Numbered from the stretch's first letter, positions 9,549 to 23,135 are shown. The stretch is DNA of 64,000 bases from Syntrophaceae bacterium (GCA_009773315.1 WRPE01000007.1:81011-145010), one strand, 5' to 3'. A program made the numbers and translations. Notes: generated by a model not told the origin, from the sequence alone.

Positions 9549-11030
9549 ATGGAAGACAATGATCTTTTAAAGGTTCGCCTGGAAAAAATTGCGGCCTTGA
9601 AAGCAGCAGGTGTGGATTTATATCCCAATAATGTAAAGCCCCAAAATACGACGGCTCAGATCATGGACAAGTTCGGCGACACCGACAGCGAAACGCTGGC
9701 GCAATTGACACAAAAATTTTCGATTGCCGGGCGATTGATGGCCGTGCGCAGCTTCGGCAAAGCGGCTTTCGTCAAGATTCAGGACCGCAAAGGTCAGATG
9801 CAATGCTACATTGCTAAAAACATCCTCAGCGAGCAGGATTTTTTTATATTTAAAAAACTGGATATAGGCGACACTATTTATGTTTCAGGAAAACTCTTCC
9901 GAACCAAAACCAATGAATTGACTGTTGAGGTTGAATCATTGCGCTTAATGGCCAAATCGATGCATCCTCTGCCTGAAAAATGGCATGGCCTGACGGACAT
10001 TGAAACCCGCTACCGGCAGCGGCATCTGGATTTAATATCCAGCCCGGCGGTCAAGGAAATCTTTTACCGACGCAGTCTGATCATTAAATTGATGCGGCAA
10101 TTCATGGATACGCACGATTTTCTGGAAGTGGAAACACCCATGATGCAGCCGCGGGCCGGCGGCGCCGTCGCCCGACCTTTTAAAACCCATCACAACGCGC
10201 TGGATCAGGAGCTCTACCTGCGGATCGCGCCCGAGCTTTATTTAAAACGACTGGTCACCGGCGGACTCGAAAGAGTTTATGAAATCAACCGCAATTTCCG
10301 TAACGAAGGCATCTCCACCTTTCACAATCCTGAATTCACCATGATGGAGTTTTACTGGAGCTATGCGACTTACGAGGATTTGATGTCCTTTACGGAAGAG
10401 TTATTCGGTTTTATCGCCAAGAATATTTTCGGGGGACTCACGTTCACCTATCAAGGCACGGAAATTGATATGACACCGCCCTGGCGGCGGCTCACGGTCA
10501 AAGATGCTCTTTTGCAAATAGCCGGCATGGACCTGGCCGACCTTACCGATTCCACAAGAGCCATTGCTTTCGCCCGCAAAGCCGGTTGCGATGCAAAAGA
10601 AACTGATCCCCTGGGGAAAATTCTTATGGCCATTTTCGACGAAGTAGTCGAAAAAAAGCTTGTCCAGCCGACATTTGTCACGCAGTATCCGGTCGCCGTA
10701 TCCCCTCTGTCCCGACGGTCCAATACCGATCCGGAATTTGTTGATCGTTTTGAGCTCTATATTTCCGGTAGAGAAATCGCCAACGCCTTTTCTGAGTTAA
10801 ACGACCCGGCCGATCAGCGCGATCGATTCGTCCAGCAGCTCAAAGAGCGGGAAGCGGGCGATGATGAAGCCCACGAAATGGATGAAGACTATATCCGTAC
10901 GCTGGAATACGGCATGCCGCCGACGGCCGGAGAAGGAATCGGCATCGACCGGCTGATCATGCTTTTTACCGATTCCGCATCCATTCGGGATGTTATTCTG
11001 TTCCCGCTTTTGAGAACCAAACAGGAATGA
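9549..11030 (+). CDS. lysS: Lysine--tRNA ligase (class II)
   Basis: 493 aa. N-terminal OB anticodon-binding domain, RYRQRHLDL, class II motifs (FLEVETPMM, YEINRNFRNEG, GIGIDRLIMLFT). Confidence 0.95.
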   Translation: MEDNDLLKVRLEKIAALKAAGVDLYPNNVKPQNTTAQIMDKFGDTDSETLAQLTQKFSIAGRLMAVRSFGKAAFVKIQDRKGQMQCYIAKNILSEQDFFIFKKLDIGDTIYVSGKLFRTKTNELTVEVESLRLMAKSMHPLPEKWHGLTDIETRYRQRHLDLISSPAVKEIFYRRSLIIKLMRQFMDTHDFLEVETPMMQPRAGGAVARPFKTHHNALDQELYLRIAPELYLKRLVTGGLERVYEINRNFRNEGISTFHNPEFTMMEFYWSYATYEDLMSFTEELFGFIAKNIFGGLTFTYQGTEIDMTPPWRRLTVKDALLQIAGMDLADLTDSTRAIAFARKAGCDAKETDPLGKILMAIFDEVVEKKLVQPTFVTQYPVAVSPLSRRSNTDPEFVDRFELYISGREIANAFSELNDPADQRDRFVQQLKEREAGDDEAHEMDEDYIRTLEYGMPPTAGEGIGIDRLIMLFTDSASIRDVILFPLLRTKQE

Positions 11031-11090
11031 GATACGCGCCAAAGCTTATGCAGCTGTAAAAACAGCCGTTTTCCAAAAGGATGTTGTTTA

Positions 11091-12377
11091 ATGTCTTACG
11101 AATTCTTTATCAGCAGACGATACATGAGAGCGAAACGCAAGCAGGTTTTTGTTTCGATCATCACTTTTATATCGATTTTTGGCATTTTCCTGGGCGTAGC
11201 CGCACTCATTATTGTGCTGGCCGTCATGAACGGTTTTGAAGAAGATCTGCGGGCAAAAATTTTAGGCATCAAGTCTCATATTGAAGTCACCGCGAATATG
11301 GCCGGTCCGATAAAAAATTATACCGCCGTCCGCGAGGAAATCGATAAAATCCCGGGCGTTGTCGCGTCCACGCCCTTTATTTATACGCAGGCCATGATTC
11401 GCAGCGGCAACGGCGTCACCGGGGTCGTGATCCGCGGCCTGGATACCCAAACCGCGCCGAAAGTTCTCAATCTGGGAAAAATCCGGGAAGGCCAAATCGA
11501 ATATCTCAATAAAATTCCCGACAGCGTATTGAAAGAGCTGTCCGCCGAAGACAAAGGCCTGACCGGCATCATGATTGGCAAGGAAATGGCCCGGAATCTA
11601 GGACTTTTTCTTTATGATCCCATCACCATCATTTCACCGACGGGCGGGATTGCCACACCGATGGGCATGGTGCCCCGCATGAAAAAATTTGTCGTGGTCG
11701 GGATCTTCGAATCGGGATTTTATGAATACGATTCCACGTTGGCCTTTTTGTCTCTGAAAAGTTGCCAGGAATTCCTTGATATGGGCGATACGGTTTCAGG
11801 TGTGGATATCGTCGTTCATGATATCTATAAAGCGGATGTCATCGCCCGCAACATCCAGGGTAAGCTGGGCTTTCCCTTCTTTGCGCAAAACTGGATGCAG
11901 ATGAATAAAAACCTTTTTTCAGCCCTGAAACTGGAGAAACGTGTCATGTTTATCATTCTAAGCTTGATTGTACTGGTAGCCGCCTTCAACATCATCAGCG
12001 CGCTCATCATGATTGTTATGGAAAAGAACAAGGATATCGCGATTTTAAAGTCTATGGGGGCAACCGCTGCCACGATCATGAAGATCTTTATTTATCAAGG
12101 ACTGATCGTCGGCCTGGTCGGAACATTTTTAGGATGTATCGCCGGTCTCACCATGGCACTGAATTTGCAAAAAATTTCTCTTTTGGTGGAGAAAATTTTT
12201 AATTTTAAAATTCTGCCCGGTGACGTGTATTACTTAAGCGAACTTCCCTCGAAAGTGAATTACAGTGACGTGGTCATTATTGTCATCGGCACGCTCACGA
12301 TTTGTTTCCTGTCCACCATTTACCCTGCGCTGAGAGCTTCCAAACTGGACCCGGCGGAAGCCTTGAGATACGAATAA
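11091..12377 (+). CDS. Lipoprotein-releasing system permease (LolC/LolE family)
   Basis: FtsX-type permease with a large periplasmic loop (MacB-PCD-like). Starts MSYEFFISRRYMRAKRKQ. A LolD-like ATPase follows. Confidence 0.8.
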   Translation: MSYEFFISRRYMRAKRKQVFVSIITFISIFGIFLGVAALIIVLAVMNGFEEDLRAKILGIKSHIEVTANMAGPIKNYTAVREEIDKIPGVVASTPFIYTQAMIRSGNGVTGVVIRGLDTQTAPKVLNLGKIREGQIEYLNKIPDSVLKELSAEDKGLTGIMIGKEMARNLGLFLYDPITIISPTGGIATPMGMVPRMKKFVVVGIFESGFYEYDSTLAFLSLKSCQEFLDMGDTVSGVDIVVHDIYKADVIARNIQGKLGFPFFAQNWMQMNKNLFSALKLEKRVMFIILSLIVLVAAFNIISALIMIVMEKNKDIAILKSMGATAATIMKIFIYQGLIVGLVGTFLGCIAGLTMALNLQKISLLVEKIFNFKILPGDVYYLSELPSKVNYSDVVIIVIGTLTICFLSTIYPALRASKLDPAEALRYE

Positions 12378-12399
12378 TATACCGGACGCGACTGCTGAT

Positions 12400-13062
12400 A
12401 TGATATTACTTACAAATTTATCGAAGACTTTTATAAAAGACGGCAACAAAATTGAAGTCTTGCGGAATTTAAATCTGGAGATTAAAAAAGGGGATTCCCT
12501 GGCTGTCGTTGGCGTTTCGGGAGCCGGCAAAAGTACGCTCATCCATATCTTGGGCACACTGGATCATCCGACATCCGGCACACTTTCCATTGGCGGTAAA
12601 AATGTTTTTGAGTGGCGCGAAAAGAAAATCGCCGCGTTCCGCAATTCGACGATCGGTTTCGTCTTTCAATTAAACAATCTGCTGCCGGAGTTCAGCGCGC
12701 TGGAAAATACCATGATGCCGGCGCTCATCAGCGGTATGCCGAAAAAACAGGCCCATGAAAAGGCGAGCCAATTACTTGCGGAAGTCGGGCTGGAAAATCG
12801 ACTGAAACATAAACCGGGCGAACTCTCCGGCGGAGAGCAGCAACGCGTGGCCATCGCCCGTGCTTTGGTGATGGAACCGGAAATTCTGCTGGCGGACGAA
12901 CCGACAGGAAATCTTGACACGGAAACAGGAAAAAAGATAGAAGACATCCTGGTTAATTTAAATGCATTGAAAAAAATAACATTGATTGTAGTCACGCACA
13001 ACAAACTGCTGGCCGACAGGATGTCCGGCAGAATCGGATTGCGCGACGGGAAGATTTTATGA
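12400..13062 (+). CDS. lolD: Lipoprotein-releasing system ATP-binding protein LolD
   Basis: Walker [24 protein letters not shown], Walker [13 protein letters not shown]. Confidence 0.85.
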   Translation: MILLTNLSKTFIKDGNKIEVLRNLNLEIKKGDSLAVVGVSGAGKSTLIHILGTLDHPTSGTLSIGGKNVFEWREKKIAAFRNSTIGFVFQLNNLLPEFSALENTMMPALISGMPKKQAHEKASQLLAEVGLENRLKHKPGELSGGEQQRVAIARALVMEPEILLADEPTGNLDTETGKKIEDILVNLNALKKITLIVVTHNKLLADRMSGRIGLRDGKIL

Positions 13063-15710
13063 TTTCTAATAAAAACACATTTAAAATAATCTTAACCCTC
13101 TTTCTTTTTCTTCTTTGCTTTCTGGCAGAAGCCCAGGCCGAAAGCATCAAGAAAATAAGCCTCCTGCCTTTTGACGTTCACGCGAGCATCGAAGGCGGCA
13201 CGTTGCAAAAATCCGTTTACAGTCATCTGGAAAAAGAATTCCAGCGGGAAAAGAAAATTGAAGTTGTAGCGGCAGGTGGTTATGCCAAAAGCAATGTTTT
13301 GCTTAATAAAGACCAAGCCGTCGCAGCCGGGAAGGCGCTGGGGGTTGACTATGTGGTCACCGGCAGCATCACACAGTTCGGCGAGGCGCTGAACATCGAT
13401 GCGCAAATTATCGATATTGCCCAAAAGACGATTTTACCGGCCGTGTCCATGCAGGGCAAGCGATCAGCGGGCTTGGAGGCGTTGGCGGGTGAACTGAAAA
13501 CGGCAATAATGGACCGCATGGGACTTTTGGATAAAATCGCACGGATTGATATCGCGGGCAACCGCAAAATCGGAGCAGACGCCATCAAACAGCAACTGAA
13601 GAGCAAGGCCGGTAACCCTTTGAACGAAGAAGATATCACCGCTGATATTAAAGCCATTTTCAAGATGGGATTATTTGTGGATGTCAGCGCGCAAGTGACG
13701 ACAGAGCCGCAAGGCAAAGTCATTACTTTCACCATTGCCGAAAAAGGACTGATATCGGAAATCCGGCTGATCGGCAACAAGAAATTGGACAAAGACGACA
13801 TTCTGGGCGCTATGACCGTCAAGACAAGGCAAAGCCTCAATCAGGAAAAAATTAAGGAAGACATTCAAAAAATCAAGGCACTTTATGACACCAAAGGGTA
13901 TTACAATGCGGAAATCAGCGACCGCCTGGAAAAAGACGGGCAAAAAGACATTGTCCTGATTCTGGACATTAAAGAGAATGACCGGGTCTATATCCGTTCC
14001 ATCACGTTTGAGGGAAATGAATCTTTTTCCACAAAAGAGCTGGTCAAGATGATGACCTCGACAGAGCGCACCCTATTGGGCTTTATTACGGATACGGGCA
14101 TTCTGCAAACCCAGCAGATCAAGCAGGATATTCAAAAATTAACCGCTTTTTATTTCAATAACGGTTTTGTCAACGCCCAGATCGGCGAACCGGCCATCAC
14201 GCACGACGCCAAAGGCATTTATATCAAGATCATCGTCAAGGAAGGCAAGCGGTTCAAAATCGGTAACGTGGAAATTTCCGGAGATTACCTGGAAAAACCC
14301 AGAGTCGATTTATTCACGCTTTTAAAAACAAAATCGGGAAACTACTACGATCGGGAAGCGATCATGAAGGATATGGAAGCGATCACGCTGGCCGCCAACG
14401 ATGAAGGCTATGCGCACACCGACGTGAATCCCAAAATCGCCTCTCGCGAAAAAGAACAACTGGTGGATGTGAACTTCCAGTTGACCAAAGGCAATCTTGT
14501 TCATATTGCCCGCATCGGCATTTCCGGCAATACAACCACGCGTGACAAAGTTATCCGGCGGCAGCTGTCCATCGTGGAAGGGGATTTGTATTCCTCAAGC
14601 AAGTTGAAAGAAAGTTATACCAGCTTAAATCAGTTGCGCTATTTTGAAGAAGTGGACTTTCAGACGGAAAAGGCGCCGGATAACAAAATGGATGTTAATA
14701 TCCGCGTCAAAGAAAAGAACACGGGCATGTTCATGATCGGCGCGGGTTACAGTGCCGTTGATCAGGCGGTGATCATGGCACAGGTCGTCCAGCAGAATTT
14801 TCTGGGTTACGGACAGACGTTAAGCCTAAAAGCATCGCTCGGCTCCAAGACCAATAATTACGAGCTGTCCTTTACCGAACCCTGGCTTTTTGATCTGCCG
14901 CTATGGTGCAAAGCGGACATCTGGAAATACAAAAAGGAGTACGATTCCTACACGCTGGATACACGCGGCACCGGCGTAACTCTGGGCTATCCGCTTTGGT
15001 GGAAAATTGTCGGCTATGCCGGCTATAAGCTGAGCATAGACAATATTCAGAACGTCAATCAGTCAACCGCCTCTTCCTATATCAAAGCCCAGGAAGGCGA
15101 AAGAACTACCAGCGCTCTAACCTTCACCCTCGCCTACGATACGACCAACGACAACATGTTTCCCAGTAAGGGAATCAAGGCCAGCGTTTCCGTACAACAT
15201 GCGGGCACCCCTTTGGGCGGCAACACAAAGTTCACAAAATATTCGGGCGCCATTGCCGGTTATTACCCGCTCTTCTGGGATATTGTTATCAGCGCGAAAG
15301 GCCGAGTCGGTTATCTGCAGAACAATGATGACCGCGACGACAGAATTCCGATTTACGAAAGATATGTTCTGGGCGGCATCAACTCTTTGCGCGGCTTGCG
15401 CTACGTCGGCCCGACCAATCCGGGAACCAGTGACGTCATCGGCGGCACCACCATGTTATCCTTCACCGCGGAAGTTGTTTTCCCTCTGATTAAAGACGCG
15501 GGCATAAAGGGCGTTTTATTTTATGACGCAGGCAATACCTGGAACGGCGGTTACTATATCGATGACCTCCGAATGACTTGTGGCGCGGGCATTCGCTGGC
15601 AATCCCCCATCGGACCTTTGCGGCTGGAATACGGCTATGTACTGGATCGCAAGGGATTAAATGACGACGCAATGGGCCGCTTTGAATTCACCATCGGTAT
15701 GTTCATGTAA
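13059..15710 (+). CDS. bamA: Outer membrane protein assembly factor BamA, with an extra N-terminal domain
   Basis: Five POTRA-like repeats starting about residue 160 ([21 protein letters not shown]...). C-terminal Omp85 barrel (GGINSLRGL, ..[10 protein letters not shown]). Residues about 25-155 form an additional domain. ATGA overlap with lolD. Confidence 0.9.
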   Translation: MISNKNTFKIILTLFLFLLCFLAEAQAESIKKISLLPFDVHASIEGGTLQKSVYSHLEKEFQREKKIEVVAAGGYAKSNVLLNKDQAVAAGKALGVDYVVTGSITQFGEALNIDAQIIDIAQKTILPAVSMQGKRSAGLEALAGELKTAIMDRMGLLDKIARIDIAGNRKIGADAIKQQLKSKAGNPLNEEDITADIKAIFKMGLFVDVSAQVTTEPQGKVITFTIAEKGLISEIRLIGNKKLDKDDILGAMTVKTRQSLNQEKIKEDIQKIKALYDTKGYYNAEISDRLEKDGQKDIVLILDIKENDRVYIRSITFEGNESFSTKELVKMMTSTERTLLGFITDTGILQTQQIKQDIQKLTAFYFNNGFVNAQIGEPAITHDAKGIYIKIIVKEGKRFKIGNVEISGDYLEKPRVDLFTLLKTKSGNYYDREAIMKDMEAITLAANDEGYAHTDVNPKIASREKEQLVDVNFQLTKGNLVHIARIGISGNTTTRDKVIRRQLSIVEGDLYSSSKLKESYTSLNQLRYFEEVDFQTEKAPDNKMDVNIRVKEKNTGMFMIGAGYSAVDQAVIMAQVVQQNFLGYGQTLSLKASLGSKTNNYELSFTEPWLFDLPLWCKADIWKYKKEYDSYTLDTRGTGVTLGYPLWWKIVGYAGYKLSIDNIQNVNQSTASSYIKAQEGERTTSALTFTLAYDTTNDNMFPSKGIKASVSVQHAGTPLGGNTKFTKYSGAIAGYYPLFWDIVISAKGRVGYLQNNDDRDDRIPIYERYVLGGINSLRGLRYVGPTNPGTSDVIGGTTMLSFTAEVVFPLIKDAGIKGVLFYDAGNTWNGGYYIDDLRMTCGAGIRWQSPIGPLRLEYGYVLDRKGLNDDAMGRFEFTIGMFM

Positions 15711-15775
15711 GAGAACCAATGAAGACTGTCTTCATTACTTGATAATAGACTAACCAACAGAGAGGAGATTTTAAA

Positions 15776-16306
15776 ATGAAAAGAAATATTTGTCTGATTG
15801 CAGGATTAGTCCTGCTCATTATTGTCTGGGCGAACACATCCTTTGCCGCAGATCGGATCGGTTTTATCAACATTCAGGAGATTATTCAAACCTCGAACGT
15901 CGGTAAAAAAGCAGCCGAAGAATTTAAAAAACTCGTGGAAAAAAAGCAAGTAAACGTCAAAGACATGGAAAACGAAGTCAAAAAGATGAAAGACGAACTT
16001 GACAAACAAGGCGCCATTCTGACAGCCAGCGCCCGCAGCGACAAGGAAGCCGCCTATCAGAGAAAATTGCGTGATTACCAGATCCTCGTCGATGATACCA
16101 ACAAGGAGCTCCAGAAACGTGATCAGGAATATTCACAGAAAATAATTCCAGATATACTGAAAGTCGTCCGGGCCATTGCTGAAAAGGAAAAATATACTCT
16201 GATTCTGGATATCAGCACCATGCCGATGCCCTATCATGACAAGGCCAACGATATCAGCAAGAAAGTCATTGAAGACTTCAACAAAGCTCAAAACGCAAAA
16301 AAATAA
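15776..16306 (+). CDS. skp: Periplasmic chaperone Skp/OmpH
   Basis: 176 aa with a signal peptide and a coiled-coil-rich K/E sequence. Lies in the conserved position between bamA and lpxD. Confidence 0.8.
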   Translation: MKRNICLIAGLVLLIIVWANTSFAADRIGFINIQEIIQTSNVGKKAAEEFKKLVEKKQVNVKDMENEVKKMKDELDKQGAILTASARSDKEAAYQRKLRDYQILVDDTNKELQKRDQEYSQKIIPDILKVVRAIAEKEKYTLILDISTMPMPYHDKANDISKKVIEDFNKAQNAKK

Positions 16307-16318
16307 CCGTCGAATGAA

Positions 16319-17362
16319 ATGAAAAAAAGCATTCAGGAAATAGCAGCCATGGTCGGCGGTGCCGTCCTCGGCGACGATAAGAGGGTGATCAGGAATATCC
16401 TGCCGATTGACGAAGCAGGCATTGATGATCTGACCTTTATCGCCAATCCGAAATATTATAAAATGCTGGAAACGACGCGCGCGGCGGCCATCCTCGTACC
16501 GCCCGGAACCGTCAAACCGGATAAAAATCTGATTGTCGTAGCTGACCCCTACGCGGCCTTCGGGAAACTCCTGGCGGTATTTTATCCGGTCGATCATGGC
16601 CCGATCGGCGTCCATCCTGCTGCTTATATCGAAGAAGGCGCCTGGGTCTCACAGGAGGCGACCGTCTTGCCCCGGGCTTTCGTAAGCTCAGGCGCCCGCA
16701 TCGAAAAAGGCGCGGTTATATACCCCGGCGTGTTTATCGGCCGCAACACGTCCGTCGGCGAAAATTCGATCCTTTACGCCAATGTCAGCGTTTATCAAAA
16801 CTGCATCATCGGCCGCCGCGTGATTCTTCATTCCGGCGTCGTCATCGGCGCGGACGGTTTCGGCTTTGCCGCGCCCGGCGCGGGCAACGCCAAAATTCCA
16901 CAGGTCGGCATCGTTCAAATTGACGATGACGTGGAGCTCGGCGCCAACACCACCGTTGACCGGGCTACCCTGGGTAAAACCTGGATTCAACAGAACGTGA
17001 AGGTTGATAATCTTGTTCAGATTGCACACAATGTCGTTATCGGCGAAAATTCGGCCATTGCCGCCCAGACTGGTATTTCGGGGTCAACCAAAATAGGGTG
17101 CAGCGTCATCATCGGCGGACAGGTCGGCATTGTCGGGCATATTTCCATCGGAGATTATGCCATGATCGGCGCCTCCTCTGGCATTCACAAGGATATCCCC
17201 GCAGGCCAGGTTGGCGGTGGAAGGCCGTTTCTTCCCTACAAAGAATGGCTGAAAGTAGAATCCAGCAAGGTCAAACTTCCGGAAATGCGCGTAAAATTGG
17301 CAGAGCTGATCAAACAAGTGGAACAACTTGTAGCAAAAATAAATAAACCAGGTAAAGATTAA
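16319..17362 (+). CDS. lpxD: UDP-3-O-acylglucosamine N-acyltransferase
   Basis: 347 aa. N-terminal uridine-binding domain (LTFIANPKY), then long hexapeptide repeats ([19 protein letters not shown]...). Confidence 0.9.
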   Translation: MKKSIQEIAAMVGGAVLGDDKRVIRNILPIDEAGIDDLTFIANPKYYKMLETTRAAAILVPPGTVKPDKNLIVVADPYAAFGKLLAVFYPVDHGPIGVHPAAYIEEGAWVSQEATVLPRAFVSSGARIEKGAVIYPGVFIGRNTSVGENSILYANVSVYQNCIIGRRVILHSGVVIGADGFGFAAPGAGNAKIPQVGIVQIDDDVELGANTTVDRATLGKTWIQQNVKVDNLVQIAHNVVIGENSAIAAQTGISGSTKIGCSVIIGGQVGIVGHISIGDYAMIGASSGIHKDIPAGQVGGGRPFLPYKEWLKVESSKVKLPEMRVKLAELIKQVEQLVAKINKPGKD

Positions 17363-17363
17363 A

Positions 17364-18137
17364 ATGAAAATTCATCCTACAGCAATTATCGCAGCGGACG
17401 CCCAGTTGGAAGACGGCGTGGAAATCGGCCCTTATTCCATTATCGGCCCTGACGTTAAAATCGGGAAAAATACAATCATCGGTCCACACACGGTAATTGA
17501 TAATTACACGCAGATTGGCGAAGGCTGTAAAATCTTCCAATTCTGTTCCATCGGAGCGCCTCCCCAGGATCTAAAATTCGGCGGGGAAAAAACAAGCGTA
17601 ATTATTGGGAACTTTAATACGATCCGAGAATATGTCAGTATCCATCGTGGCACAAGCGCCGATACCGGCATGACCATCATGGGTGATCATAATCTGCTGA
17701 TGGCCTATGCCCATATTGCCCATAATTGCAAATTAGGCAATAATGTTATCATCGGCAATTCAACGGGATTGGCCGGACATGTTCATGCTGAAGATTATGC
17801 GATTGTCAGCCCGCTGTGCGGTGTCCATCAATTCTGCCGCATCGGCGCACACTGCATCGTTGGCGGTGCATCCGCCGTGGTCAAGGACATTCCGCCTTAT
17901 ACAATGGCCAACGGTAATCGAGCCACGCTATTCGGCCTGAATATGGTCGGTCTTCAAAGACGTAATTTTTCAGAAGGCTCTATTGCCGGCCTCAAACAAG
18001 CCTATCGCATTATTTTCCGTTCCGATCTTCTCCTGGAAGAAGCGTTGGAAAAGGCCCGGACAGAAGCAGGAGACTGCCCCGAAGTTCGGCACTTCATCAA
18101 CTTTATTCAAGAATCAAAAAGAAGCATTTGCCGCTAG
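17364..18137 (+). CDS. lpxA: Acyl-ACP--UDP-N-acetylglucosamine O-acyltransferase
   Basis: [34 protein letters not shown] hexapeptide start. C-terminal helical domain ([24 protein letters not shown]). Confidence 0.9.
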   Translation: MKIHPTAIIAADAQLEDGVEIGPYSIIGPDVKIGKNTIIGPHTVIDNYTQIGEGCKIFQFCSIGAPPQDLKFGGEKTSVIIGNFNTIREYVSIHRGTSADTGMTIMGDHNLLMAYAHIAHNCKLGNNVIIGNSTGLAGHVHAEDYAIVSPLCGVHQFCRIGAHCIVGGASAVVKDIPPYTMANGNRATLFGLNMVGLQRRNFSEGSIAGLKQAYRIIFRSDLLLEEALEKARTEAGDCPEVRHFINFIQESKRSICR

Positions 18138-18147
18138 AGAGAGAAAA

Positions 18148-19100
<953 letters not shown>

Positions 19101-19104
<4 letters not shown>

Positions 19105-20195
19105 TCCCGATGGTTGATTTAAAAAGACAATGCACCCGGCTGAAAAACGAAATCGACCAAGCCGTGTTGCAGGCACTGGAACAGACGCAATTCATTCTGG
19201 GACCGAACGTCTCTGCACTGGAGGCAGAAATCGCCGCCTACCACGGTCTGCCTTATGCCGTAGGATGCGCCAACGGCACGGACGCTCTGCTTCTGGCTCT
19301 GCGCGCCTGCGGGATCGGCCCAGGCGACGAAGTTATCACCACGCCCTTCACCTTCATCGCCACTGCGGAAGTGGTTGCACTCGTGGGCGCCAAACCGGTT
19401 TTTGTCGATATTTGCCCGGACACCTTTAACATTGATCCCGGCAAGATCGCCGCTAAAATTACCTCCCGGACCAAAGCCATCATCCCCGTCCATTTATTCG
19501 GCCATCCTGCCGATATGGACCCGATTATGGACATCGCGCGGAAACATCATCTGAAAGTCATTGAAGACTGCGCACAGGCTTTTGGCGCAACGTATCAGGG
19601 ACAAGCCGTCGGCACCATGGGCGACGTCGGCTGTTTCAGTTTTTTCCCCAGCAAAAATCTCGGTTGTTACGGCGACGGCGGTATCGTGATCATGCACGAC
19701 GAGGAAATCGCCTCAAAAATTAAAATGCTCCGCAACCACGGCAGTGCAGTACGGTATTACCATTCCGAAGTCGGTTACAATAGCCGGCTCGATGAAATCC
19801 AAGCCGCCATTCTCCGCGTCAAGCTGCCCCAAATCGACGCGGCCAATGACGCCCGCCGCGGAAATGCCGCCGCCTATTGCCAGGCCATGGCCGGAAAAGA
19901 TATCGTGCTGCCCTCGGAACGTCCCGGCTGCAAACATGTGTATCATCAGTTTACCATCCGCGCTAAAAACCGCCAGACCATTGCCGACGCACTTCAAGGC
20001 GCGGGGAGTGCCTCCGCCGTTTACTACCCGGTCCCCCTGCACCAGCAGGACGTCTTCCTCAAAATGTATGACCTGAAAGAAAGCCTGAGCGTCAGTGAAA
20101 CCTGCGCCCATGAAGTTCTTTCACTGCCGATGTTTCCGGAACTGACACGGGAAGAAATCAGGCTGATAACCGATGTGGTCAATAATGTCCGTTGA
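19101..20195 (+). CDS. gnnB: DegT/DnrJ/EryC1/StrS-family PLP aminotransferase, GnnB-like
   Basis: 364 aa. [26 protein letters not shown] (PLP-lysine region), [17 protein letters not shown] overlap with the upstream oxidoreductase. Confidence 0.6.
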
Positions 20196-21369
20196 AAAAA
20201 GCAATATAAAGATAAACGTGGGCATAGCAGGCAGGCACGCTCCGAAGGTGATGATCGTCGCCGGAGAGGCCTCCGGCGATCTGCATGGCTCCTTTCTGGT
20301 CCGGGAAATGCTCGCCATTAATCCATCCCTACATTTCTACGGCATTGGCGGCAACAAAATGAAAGAAGCAGGTGTGAGGCTTTTGGCTCCCGCTGCGGAT
20401 ATTGCCGTGGTCGGTGTCACGGAAGTGCTTTCGAAAGCCGGAACGTTTATTCAAATTATGGCGAAGATTCGAAAATCCATGGATCAGTTGAAGCCAAATC
20501 TGGTTATTCTGATCGATTTTCCCGATTTTAACCTGAACATCGTGGCCCGGGCCGCCCGAAAAAGAAATATTAAAATTTTTTACTATATCAGTCCGCAGGT
20601 TTGGGCCTGGCGCAAAGGACGAGTCGAGCAAATTAAAAGGCTGGTCGACAGGATGGCTGTTATTCTGCCGTTTGAAGTGGATTTTTACGCCGCACACGGA
20701 TTTGCCGTCAATTATGTCGGCCACCCTCTGCGGGATACGGTGAAAACCTCATTTACCAAATCTCAAGCCAGGCTTCATTTCGGTCTTTCCGAAAAACAAA
20801 CAACTATCGGGCTCCTGCCGGGCAGCCGGACGGCGGAAATTACCCGGCTGCTGCCGGAGATGATGAAGGCGGCGCAAATCATTTCCAAAAAAATACCGGA
20901 CGCGCAATATATCCTGCCCCTGGCGGACACACTGGAAGAAAAAATCGTCGCCGGAATCATTGCCTATTCCGGCCTCGGCGTCAAAATTGTCTCGGGACGC
21001 ACGTATGACGTTCTTTCCTGCTGTGATCTGGCTATTGTGACGTCCGGAACGGCAACGCTGGAAACCGGCCTGATGGGCGTGCCCATGATTATCATCTACA
21101 AGCTGTCGCCTTTTTCAGCGGCAATCGGCAGACTGATCATCAAGCCCCAGCTCATCGGCCTGGTCAACATCATTGCCGGTAAAACCGTTGTCCCGGAATT
21201 GCTTCAGCGAGACGCCAACGGCCCGCGTATCGCATCCGAGGCTCTGTCTATTTTATTAAACAATGAAAAAAAGCAGGAAATTATCACCGAACTTCAGAAT
21301 ATCCGAACCAAATTGGGCGAACCCGGCGCTGCCGGAAGAGCTGCGCAAATTGCCTGCGATATGATATAG
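20185..21369 (+). CDS. lpxB: Lipid-A-disaccharide synthase
   Basis: [37 protein letters not shown] motifs. Start uncertain (20173, 20185 or 20251). Confidence 0.9.
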   Translation: MSVEKSNIKINVGIAGRHAPKVMIVAGEASGDLHGSFLVREMLAINPSLHFYGIGGNKMKEAGVRLLAPAADIAVVGVTEVLSKAGTFIQIMAKIRKSMDQLKPNLVILIDFPDFNLNIVARAARKRNIKIFYYISPQVWAWRKGRVEQIKRLVDRMAVILPFEVDFYAAHGFAVNYVGHPLRDTVKTSFTKSQARLHFGLSEKQTTIGLLPGSRTAEITRLLPEMMKAAQIISKKIPDAQYILPLADTLEEKIVAGIIAYSGLGVKIVSGRTYDVLSCCDLAIVTSGTATLETGLMGVPMIIIYKLSPFSAAIGRLIIKPQLIGLVNIIAGKTVVPELLQRDANGPRIASEALSILLNNEKKQEIITELQNIRTKLGEPGAAGRAAQIACDMI

Positions 21370-21377
21370 GATCAACT

Positions 21378-23135
21378 ATGGAAACTTTTAAAAGATTGTT
21401 ATTCATGTCCAAGCAACATTATGTGCGCTTTATTTTTGCCGCGCTTTGCATGATCATTGCCGGAGGGTTGCAATCCGCCCTGCCGCTGATATCCAAACCA
21501 GCCATTGACGAAATATTTGTCAGTAAAAATACTGCCGCACTGAAATGGATCCCCTTTGCCATTATCGGCATTTTTCTTTTTAAAGGATTGTGCAACTATG
21601 GACAGTCTATTTTAATGAGTTCTATCGGCTTGCGCATCGTTACCGATTTGCGCAATAAACTTTACGAAAAAATTCAGAACCAATCTTTATCTTTTTTTGC
21701 TGAACATCCCACTGGATTGCTGATGTCGCGGATCACCAATGATGTTCAATCGGTTCAGACCGCGTCATCGGAGGCCATAACAGCATTAATCAAAGACAGC
21801 TTTATGCTGTTATCATTGGTGGGGGTTATTTTCTACACGGACTGGAAACTGGCGCTGATTGCCATTATTGTTTTCCCCCTGGCCATCTATCCCATTTCCC
21901 TGTTTGGCAGAAAAATGCGCAAGGTGACAACGTCCACGCAAATCACCATGGGAACCTTGAGCTCCCTTTTGCAGGAAACCATTTCCGGAACACGCATCGT
22001 CAAAGCCTTTTGCATGGAAAGATATGAAAATAAAAGATTCGCCGCGGAAAATGAAAGGCTGTTTAAATATAACATGAAAGCCGTTTCCGTAAACGCCATC
22101 TCCAGCCCCCTCATGGATTTTCTGGGCGGATTGGGGATTGCCGCCGTCATTTTTTACGGCGGATTCAGCGTCGTGCAGGGGCATTCCACACCCGGCACTT
22201 TTTTCTCTTTTATTGCCGCGCTGCTGATGCTCTACGAACCGGTTAAACGACTGACCAATATCAATAACACCATCAACCAGGGCATTGCCGGCGCCGAACG
22301 TATTTTTAATATCATCGACCGCATACCTGATATTGAAGATAAGCCGAATGCCATTGTGCTGCCCTCTGTTACCCAAGGCGTCGAGATTGAAAATGCGACG
22401 TTTTGCTATGAAGCAACACCGGTTTTGAAGAATATTAATCTCTCGATCAAGGCGGGTGAAGTTGTCGCGTTTGTCGGCATGAGCGGCGGCGGCAAAACAT
22501 CGCTGGTGAATCTGATTCCCCGCTTTTACGACGTTTCCGCCGGACGCGTCCTGATCGATGGTTATGACATCCGCGACGTCACACTGCAATCATTGCGCGG
22601 CCAGATCGCCATCGTTACGCAGCAGACCATTCTTTTTAATGATACCGTTAAAAACAACATCGCGTACGGCGATATCCAGAGAACGGAAGAAGACATCTTG
22701 AACGCCGCACGGGCGGCCAACGCTCATGATTTTATCAGCCGGCTGCCCCAGGGATACGAATCCAATATCGGAGAACTGGGCACCAAGCTGTCCGGCGGGG
22801 AAAAGCAACGCATCTCCATCGCGCGGGCGTTGCTCAAAGACGCGCCTATTTTGATTCTGGACGAAGCAACGTCGTCGCTGGATACGGAAGCCGAAATCGA
22901 AGTACAGGACGCGCTCGACAATCTGATGAAAGGGCGCACCACACTGGTCATCGCGCATCGGCTTTCCACCATCCGCAATGCCGACCGAATCATTGCCCTG
23001 GTCAACGGGGAGATCGTGGAAGAAGGCAATCACGAAGCCCTGATGGCTAAAAAAGGCGAATATTACCGCTTGTATAATTTGCAGTTCAAAGATGAAGGAA
23101 ACAGCAATGATCGATTGGCAAAGGATCTGGAATGA
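21378..23135 (+). CDS. msbA: Lipid A export ABC transporter (permease/ATPase fusion), MsbA-like
   Basis: 585 aa. Six-TM domain plus NBD (GMSGGGKTS, LSGGEKQRISIARA, ILILDEATSSLD). Located inside the lpx cluster. Confidence 0.8.
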   Translation: METFKRLLFMSKQHYVRFIFAALCMIIAGGLQSALPLISKPAIDEIFVSKNTAALKWIPFAIIGIFLFKGLCNYGQSILMSSIGLRIVTDLRNKLYEKIQNQSLSFFAEHPTGLLMSRITNDVQSVQTASSEAITALIKDSFMLLSLVGVIFYTDWKLALIAIIVFPLAIYPISLFGRKMRKVTTSTQITMGTLSSLLQETISGTRIVKAFCMERYENKRFAAENERLFKYNMKAVSVNAISSPLMDFLGGLGIAAVIFYGGFSVVQGHSTPGTFFSFIAALLMLYEPVKRLTNINNTINQGIAGAERIFNIIDRIPDIEDKPNAIVLPSVTQGVEIENATFCYEATPVLKNINLSIKAGEVVAFVGMSGGGKTSLVNLIPRFYDVSAGRVLIDGYDIRDVTLQSLRGQIAIVTQQTILFNDTVKNNIAYGDIQRTEEDILNAARAANAHDFISRLPQGYESNIGELGTKLSGGEKQRISIARALLKDAPILILDEATSSLDTEAEIEVQDALDNLMKGRTTLVIAHRLSTIRNADRIIALVNGEIVEEGNHEALMAKKGEYYRLYNLQFKDEGNSNDRLAKDLE

